DNA of 37,506 nucleotides from Thalassospiraceae bacterium (GTDB lineage Bacteria; Pseudomonadota; Alphaproteobacteria; Rhodospirillales; Magnetovibrionaceae): NCBI GenBank assembly GCA_030637205.1, contig DAOVVL010000001.1, positions 1 to 37,506 of the forward strand, read 5' to 3'. Shown piece by piece: positions 32,048 to 37,506 of this stretch (position 1 is its first letter; each line of letters starts with the position of its first letter). The notes under the pieces were generated by a model. It saw only the letters and a program-made list of their open reading frames with translations, ran no database searches and was not told where the DNA came from. The position numbers and the translations under genes were made by a program.

Positions 32048-33328
32048 ATGGCTAATAATTTTGACTCCAACTTCACACGAAAGCTCGCGCGCGTTTTCCT
32101 CGAAAAGTTCGACAGCGAACGTGTTCTCTCCAAAAACGTCGATACGCAGCTATTGACAGGTAAGTTCAACCCATCAACTGGCGCGAACGTGGATTTCAAG
32201 CGCCCGACTGATTACCTTTCGGTTCGTACCGCCAACGGCGATGTCTCTGGCGAAACCGCCTCTGATATCATCACCGGCAAAGCAACCGGCACGGTTCAGG
32301 ATTACTTCACCGCCTTTGTCGATTACGACGAAGCCGACGAAGCTATCAAAATGGATCAGCTTGACCAGCTTTTGGCCCCCTTGGCCACTCGCATCAAGAC
32401 CGATCTTGAGCTTGATTTTGCCGCGTTTATGATGAAAAACACGGCGCTTATTGCAGGCTCGGTAGGCACCCCTGCTGATGTCTGGGATGATATCGCCGAA
32501 GCCGGTGCGATGCTGCAAGCGACCGGTGTGCCCGGTGATATGCCGTGGTTCTATGCGGTCAATCCGTTCACCCAACGCAAACTCGCAAGCAACCAGCGCA
32601 GCTTGGGTGCAGGCGGCACGGCTGGCACGCTTATTAGCGATTCAATCCGTAAAGCCACGATCACCGAAGACTTCGCGGGCTTTGATCGCGTTTTAACGGC
32701 CACCACTCTAGCCAGCTATACAACTGGAACAGGTGCTGACCGTGCGGGCACGCTGACTGCTGCTCCTACCCCGACCTATGTCGCGGCCAAGGACACTATG
32801 ACCCAGGTTCTTGCGGTCACGGCGTTCCAAGCCAATCTGGTTGTGGCTGCCGGTGAAACCATCACCGTTGCGGGCAGCAGCCGCCTTAACCTGAATACTC
32901 GGGAATTGGTTCTCGATGATGCAGGGGCGGTGATTCCTTGGACTGGCACAGTCACCGAAACCGTCACGCTTGGCGCTTCCGGCGAAGGCAACATAACCGT
33001 AACCGGCCCCGGTATTTTCGAGGCTACCGGTGCCTACAATACGGTCAACGCTGCTTTGGCGAATGGGGCCGTAGTTACGCTTAGCGGCGCCGCAGTCACG
33101 ACCTATCAGCCGAACCTATTCTGGCACAAGCAGGCCTTCTCGATTGGTTCCGTACCGATCAAGAAACTGCACTCCACCGATACGGTGGCGACCACCGAAG
33201 ACGGTCTCCAATTCCGCGTCTCGAAAGGTGTGGGCTTCCTTGAAAACGAACAGAAGGTCCGGTTTGATTTCCGCCCCGCTTATGGCGTGATGAATCCGTT
33301 CTTCGCTGGTCAGGGCTTCGGCTCTTAA
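32048..33328 (+). CDS. Major capsid (coat) protein, P22 gp5-like size
   Basis: 426 aa, in the position after the scaffold and followed by a strong terminator. The C-terminal ..NLFWHKQAFSIGSVPI.. resembles P22 coat ..NVFWADDAIRIVSQPI.. Confidence 0.75.
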   Translation: MANNFDSNFTRKLARVFLEKFDSERVLSKNVDTQLLTGKFNPSTGANVDFKRPTDYLSVRTANGDVSGETASDIITGKATGTVQDYFTAFVDYDEADEAIKMDQLDQLLAPLATRIKTDLELDFAAFMMKNTALIAGSVGTPADVWDDIAEAGAMLQATGVPGDMPWFYAVNPFTQRKLASNQRSLGAGGTAGTLISDSIRKATITEDFAGFDRVLTATTLASYTTGTGADRAGTLTAAPTPTYVAAKDTMTQVLAVTAFQANLVVAAGETITVAGSSRLNLNTRELVLDDAGAVIPWTGTVTETVTLGASGEGNITVTGPGIFEATGAYNTVNAALANGAVVTLSGAAVTTYQPNLFWHKQAFSIGSVPIKKLHSTDTVATTEDGLQFRVSKGVGFLENEQKVRFDFRPAYGVMNPFFAGQGFGS

Positions 33329-33334
33329 TGGATT

Positions 33335-33362
33335 GGGGCTGGCTTCGGCTGGCCCCTTTCTT
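33335..33362 (+). terminator. Rho-independent terminator with UUCG tetraloop
   Basis: GGGGCUGGC-UUCG-GCUGGCCCC forms a 9-bp stem including two G-U pairs, followed by TTTCTT. Confidence 0.7.
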
Positions 33363-33394
33363 CCTTCCCCTCAACTCAAATCAATAGGTGAATT

Positions 33395-33673
33395 ATGTTC
33401 GGTCTGAATGACAAGAAAGATGAAGCCCCCAAGCCTGCTGAAACAGCCACCAATGAAGCGGCAACGACCCCCGAAGCAGACGCTCAATCTCCTGATGAAA
33501 CTGCTCCCGAAGCCGATGTTCAATCGCCTGCCGATGAAAATGAAACTGCCGAAGCTGTGGAAACAGAACCCGGCACAATCACATGGGTCCGCCCAAGCGG
33601 CAGTGAAATCGAAACCAACGATTCTGATGCTTCTATTGCAGCCGCCGAAGAACAAGGCTGGGAACGCAAGTAA
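33395..33673 (+). CDS. Acidic hypothetical protein (92 aa), possibly head-associated
   Basis: GGTGA lies upstream. It has an internal duplication, PEADAQSPDE / PEADVQSPADE. It competes with the 5' extension of track ORF 33408..34175. Confidence 0.5.
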   Translation: MFGLNDKKDEAPKPAETATNEAATTPEADAQSPDETAPEADVQSPADENETAEAVETEPGTITWVRPSGSEIETNDSDASIAAAEEQGWERK

Positions 33674-33683
33674 GGGGTTTGTC

Positions 33684-34175
33684 ATGGCCACCGTTGCCCA
33701 AGTCGTTAAGGCGTCATTGCAGAAGATCCTTGTCCAGGCTTCCGAAGCAGATATCGAGGCTTCCGAGGCTCGGGATTTCATTTTCACGATGAACAACTTC
33801 ATGCTGGATCTGGATGCCAATGGCGTCACGCTCGGCTATACCGCAGTCAGTGATTTGGCAGATGAAATCACCATCCCAACTGGCGCATTACGCGGCCTGA
33901 TTTACAACATGGCTGTTGAGGCTGCCCCTGAATACAATGGCACGGTCACGGCAGCCTTGGCGCAGATTGCCAAAGAAGGTCTCCAGACCATGCGTAAGCT
34001 CGGTCAGTCCCTTGGCGCCACAGAGTTCCCCAGCACGCTTCCTGTCGGCTCTGGCAATCAATCGAACGGCGTATGCCTGAGCAAATTCTATCCTGAACTG
34101 GAAGCATCAATCCTTGCTGAAACAACCGGGTCAATCGGCCTTGAAGTAAGCACAAACGAGGTGGCAGACTCATGA
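33684..34175 (+). CDS. Head-to-tail adaptor, P22 gp4-like
   Basis: 163 aa from ATG 33684. ..PSTLPVGSGNQSNG....KFYP.. parallels P22 gp4 ..PSRMPTGSGNSFAN....HYFP.. The size is also comparable to P22 gp4. Confidence 0.65.
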   Translation: MATVAQVVKASLQKILVQASEADIEASEARDFIFTMNNFMLDLDANGVTLGYTAVSDLADEITIPTGALRGLIYNMAVEAAPEYNGTVTAALAQIAKEGLQTMRKLGQSLGATEFPSTLPVGSGNQSNGVCLSKFYPELEASILAETTGSIGLEVSTNEVADS

Positions 34176-35731
34176 CTAATCAAGCCCAAGGACGCAAAAA
34201 AAGCCTATTCCCGGTCCAGACCACTGTGTTGGCCGGGGCCGCATTTGATTATGTGGTTTCCGGGGTCAATTTCAGCATTTCATTTGCCAATCTATTATCG
34301 GAACTTGGCGCGACCGGAACCATGCAACAGGAAGGCGCGGGCACAGGGACGCCAATTTTGGACGTTGCGGGCAGTATTAACGGCATCCGCGACCTTGAGG
34401 CCGGCTCAGGCATCCAAACCAGCGTGAGCGCCCAGAACGGCGCAGTGATCGAACACAATTTCCAGCTTGATGCTGTTGGTGTCCCATTGAGTGCTGATTT
34501 CACCATTGCAAGCCCGGTATTCAGAAGCCTGGTTGCGGGTGACGGAATTGATATCACGGAATCAGGCGACGAGATTGAGATCAAGCAGTCAGTCGTCCCG
34601 ATATCCACAAAAACTGTTGTGGTTAATGATTTGGGCGACCTGCCAACGCCTGTTGGCGGGGTTATTACGCTTGCAGGTGACACCAAATATTTGTTTAACA
34701 ATGATATAGATATCGGGATAAACCGTTTTGTTGTTGGCAATAACTGCGTGCTGGACGGGGCGGACAATATCGTAATTACGATTTTGCACTCTGGCTCCGG
34801 CATTATGTTCACATCCGCAAATTCTTCGTGGACAGTCAGAAACCTTACCGTCAGTTGTGGGTCTGGAACCTTTATTGATTTTGATGGTTCTGGAACCGAG
34901 ATTTTCCAATTAAAGAACTCTGTCGTTATCGTTGATTCCCTTGGAACGATTGATGATTTTCAAGGGATTCATATCGACGATACGCAATTCCAGATAACCA
35001 CTGACGGGTTCTTATTCGGGGGCACCAACGGCGTTATTTTAATTGAATCCACTTTGGGAACCATTGCCGCCGGAACACTTTATGATCTAGGAACAGCTAC
35101 GTTCAATGGATTTGCGATAACGGATTCATTCACTACCCTGAATGGAACCAGCGTTTTTCTCGATGGTGCGGCGAGTTCGGCTAATATTACATCCGGGAAT
35201 CTTGGCTCTGTTCACAATTGCAGATTTTTCAGCACAGGCACACCGCTGCAAACAATTACCATCGCTGATATTAGATGGCAGTTCGCGATTAATGACGACA
35301 TTCAAGACACCAATAAGGACTGCCTGATGTCGCAAGTTAATAATGCTGTTGAAACCGTTATATCGGTTGTAAGCACACCGGTAAAATTGCTCGGTTCATG
35401 GAACGAAGAAGATGCATTCTTTTTCTCTACCGATGCGACAGGCAAGATGACCTACATCGGCGAAAAAGATATTGAAATTAATGTCGATATGTCATTTTCC
35501 GGAGCGCCAGCATCAGGAACAAATAAAGATTTAAAGTTCTATGTCGCTAAAAATGGGACTGAAATAACAAATTCTGGCGCAGCTAACCGACTATCGTCCG
35601 GTGATGCGGGAAGAACCAGTATCATGTGGCGTGTGTCGTTATCTACCAACGATTTTATAGAGGCATTCGTTGAGAATAATACCGATACTGTAAATGTTCT
35701 TGTTACGGATGCTGTACTGAGGCTTTCCTAA
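34172..35731 (+). CDS. Tail protein with beta-helix-like repeats (519 aa), possible tailspike or tail accessory protein
   Basis: Repetitive G/N/T/I/D-rich beta-strand pattern (..NCVLDGADNIVITILHSGSGIMFTSANSSWTVRNLTVSCGSGTFIDFDG..). It lies between the gp4-like and gp10-like genes and is visibly AT-richer than its neighbours. Confidence 0.55.
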   Translation: MTNQAQGRKKSLFPVQTTVLAGAAFDYVVSGVNFSISFANLLSELGATGTMQQEGAGTGTPILDVAGSINGIRDLEAGSGIQTSVSAQNGAVIEHNFQLDAVGVPLSADFTIASPVFRSLVAGDGIDITESGDEIEIKQSVVPISTKTVVVNDLGDLPTPVGGVITLAGDTKYLFNNDIDIGINRFVVGNNCVLDGADNIVITILHSGSGIMFTSANSSWTVRNLTVSCGSGTFIDFDGSGTEIFQLKNSVVIVDSLGTIDDFQGIHIDDTQFQITTDGFLFGGTNGVILIESTLGTIAAGTLYDLGTATFNGFAITDSFTTLNGTSVFLDGAASSANITSGNLGSVHNCRFFSTGTPLQTITIADIRWQFAINDDIQDTNKDCLMSQVNNAVETVISVVSTPVKLLGSWNEEDAFFFSTDATGKMTYIGEKDIEINVDMSFSGAPASGTNKDLKFYVAKNGTEITNSGAANRLSSGDAGRTSIMWRVSLSTNDFIEAFVENNTDTVNVLVTDAVLRLS

Positions 35732-37197
35732 TGCCAAAGACACCCCTACCAATTGCCACAGGGTTTTATGTAAGCCGTTCCCTTCCTCTCGCAGCGCAGG
35801 AATGCATCAACTGGTATCCGACCATTGTTGAAGGCACGGCGCTTTCGGATCGAACTTTATTCGGAACGCCTGGGCTTCTTCAAATAGCAACCACCGGCGT
35901 TGACAAACAGGTCAATCGTGGCTCCCACGTCAAAGGTGGTATCGCCTATTTTGTGAACGGCGAACTATTGTATTGTCTTTCGCGGACGGTTGTTGGCGGG
36001 GAAGATGTTTTCTCCATTGATGCTTTGGGAGTAATCCCCGGCACTGAGCGTGTGTCCATCGCCGACAATGGCACCCAATTGATGATCCTGGTTCCGGGTG
36101 GCGATGGTTTTATTTTTGATGAAAGCGCCGGCACACCGTTCCAACAAATAACAGACCCTGATTTCACGGCAAACGGCGCACCGCAGCATGTGGTCTATAT
36201 CGACGGCTATTTTGCAATCACAACAGACAGCAAAAAATTCATCGTTTCAGCCTTGAATGATGGGCTTTCGTATGATGCCCTTGATTTTGGAACCGCCGAA
36301 GCTGATCCCGATGATATCGTGGCGCCCATTGTCCACAGCAACCAGCTTTTCATTGGTGGTTCAGAAACCATCGAAGTGTTCCAGAACATTGGCGGTTCGG
36401 GGTTCCCTTTCCAAAGAGTCGAGGGCTTTGTGATCCCAACCGGTGTGAAGGCAGCATTTTCCATTGTGCAGGCAGGCGAGACCTTCATGTTTATTGGCGC
36501 CGGGGTGAATGATTCCCCGTCGATCATGCAATTCACAGGAACCAGCGCGCAAATCGTTTCAACCGATGCCATTGATGCCATCTTGCAAGGGTTCACTGAA
36601 GATGAGATTGCCCAATCCTTCGCATGGTCTTATTCGCAATCGGGCGCGCATTTTGTCGGGTTTTCCCTTCCGACCACAACCCTCGTATATGACCAGAAAT
36701 CCAAGGAATGGCATGAGCGCCGCTCTCAAATCATCGACGCCAGTGGCACCCGCAATATCAGATGGCGCACCAATTCGCTTATCACGGCTTATGGCCGGGT
36801 TTTGGTAGGAGATTCAGAGGATGGCCGCATTGGTGAGGTCGATCTTGATTTCTATGATGAGTACGACGGCGAAATCATCAGGCGACGTGCAACGATGCCG
36901 TTCTCCAATGATGGTAATTCCTTTGGGCTGCCCATGCTTGAATTGACTATGGAAAGCGGGGTTGGGGATTTTGTGACCGAAGATCCGCAAATCAGGCTTG
37001 CATTCAGCAAGGATGGAAAGACCTTCTCCAGCGAATTAACGCGGTCGGTCGGCAAGGCAGGCGAGTTTGACAAACGTATTATCTGGCGCCGGCTGGGTCG
37101 GTTCCCAAGACTTTCAGTCTTCCAGTTCACCATGAGCGCCAAGGTCAAACCAGTGATTATCAAACTTGAGGCCGATATCGTGGGAGGCACGCCATGA
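35731..37197 (+). CDS. Tail hub / packaged-DNA stabilisation protein, P22 gp10-like
   Basis: The C-terminus FDKRIIWRRLGRFPRLSVFQFTMSAKVKPVIIKLEADI parallels P22 gp10 YDKRVLWKRVGRIRRLIGFKLRVITKSPVTLSGCQIRLE. Its size (488 aa) and synteny also agree. Confidence 0.7.
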   Translation: MPKTPLPIATGFYVSRSLPLAAQECINWYPTIVEGTALSDRTLFGTPGLLQIATTGVDKQVNRGSHVKGGIAYFVNGELLYCLSRTVVGGEDVFSIDALGVIPGTERVSIADNGTQLMILVPGGDGFIFDESAGTPFQQITDPDFTANGAPQHVVYIDGYFAITTDSKKFIVSALNDGLSYDALDFGTAEADPDDIVAPIVHSNQLFIGGSETIEVFQNIGGSGFPFQRVEGFVIPTGVKAAFSIVQAGETFMFIGAGVNDSPSIMQFTGTSAQIVSTDAIDAILQGFTEDEIAQSFAWSYSQSGAHFVGFSLPTTTLVYDQKSKEWHERRSQIIDASGTRNIRWRTNSLITAYGRVLVGDSEDGRIGEVDLDFYDEYDGEIIRRRATMPFSNDGNSFGLPMLELTMESGVGDFVTEDPQIRLAFSKDGKTFSSELTRSVGKAGEFDKRIIWRRLGRFPRLSVFQFTMSAKVKPVIIKLEADIVGGTP

Positions 37198-37445
37198 CAA
37201 CTCCCCCGCATCCTCGCCACGCCATTGTCGATGCCTTGGGGAATATGACCCAGACGTTCCGCACCTGGACGCAGGATATGAACCGGGTGGTTCCATTGAT
37301 CGGCACAGGCAGCCCCGAGGGCAACGTAAGCGCGCGACAGGGCCAAACCTATATGGACGATGCCGGGGTGGCTGGCGCTATCCTCTACACCAAGAAATCT
37401 GCCGATATCGGCGGAGACACAACCCAAGGATGGATACTGGTATGA
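37194..37445 (+). CDS. Small virion-module protein (83 aa), occupying the tail-needle/plug position
   Basis: ATG overlaps the gp10-like stop (ATGA). The gene spans the window-end repeat. No motif assigned. Confidence 0.55.
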   Translation: MTTPPHPRHAIVDALGNMTQTFRTWTQDMNRVVPLIGTGSPEGNVSARQGQTYMDDAGVAGAILYTKKSADIGGDTTQGWILV

Positions 37446-37506
37446 TGGACATTGCCAAAAAAACCGTTTCAGGTTACAAGAATGAACGGCCTTTGAATAT
37501 TATCGA
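37263..37506. repeat. Terminal direct repeat, copy 2 (equals 1..244)
   Basis: See copy 1. T37369 corresponds to G107. Confidence 0.95.

Noticed and set aside
33408-33683. The 5' extension of the gp4-like ORF, which is the track start at 33408.
   Set aside because: The extension is a K/P/L-rich off-frame reading of the acidic ORF 33395..33673. Similarity to gp4 begins only after ATG 33684.
1-37506. Prophage or temperate element with flanking host DNA.
   Set aside because: The ends overlap to close a circle, so no host genes flank it. No integrase or att-like junction was recognised.

Overview
The window is a complete tailed-phage genome of about 37.26 kb. Positions 1..244 repeat at 37263..37506 with one mismatch, so the sequence is circular or circularly permuted and written with an end overlap. 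Gene order is modular.

(1) A P22-type short-tail virion module runs from 24545 across the window end to 7875. It contains a ParB-fused DNA methyltransferase, TerS, TerL, portal, scaffold, coat, gp4-like adaptor, beta-helix tail protein, gp10-like hub, four ejection-protein candidates and a tail fibre. A reverse-strand accessory island at 29881..31065 interrupts it.

(2) A lysis cassette lies at 7887..10642. It has membrane proteins, an M15 endolysin and a DUF2235/Tle1-like lipase.

(3) A leftward early operon lies at 17133..10810. It has an ERF annealase, a YqaJ exonuclease, an ASCH protein and many small ORFs.

(4) A rightward operon lies at 17281..24428. It has an HTH regulator, RuvC, HNH, DnaB, a DUF1376 protein, a C5-methyltransferase and a stand-alone OmpR-type winged helix.

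I saw no integrase, tRNA, rRNA or CRISPR array.

The most unusual observations are these:
- The C5-methyltransferase gene carries recognisable conserved protein signatures in two overlapping reading frames over about 590 nt.
- A T6SS-effector-like phospholipase domain sits directly after the endolysin, in a cassette with no o-spanin.
- A five-gene reverse-strand island (AT-hook/RHH, HNH, lipoprotein) sits between portal and scaffold.
- Several strongly SD-preceded micro-ORFs encode single-TM peptides.

Function calls come from motif recognition by eye and need HMM or BLAST confirmation. Many long ORFs in the supplied track are antisense or off-frame shadows of real genes in GC-rich DNA and were not called.
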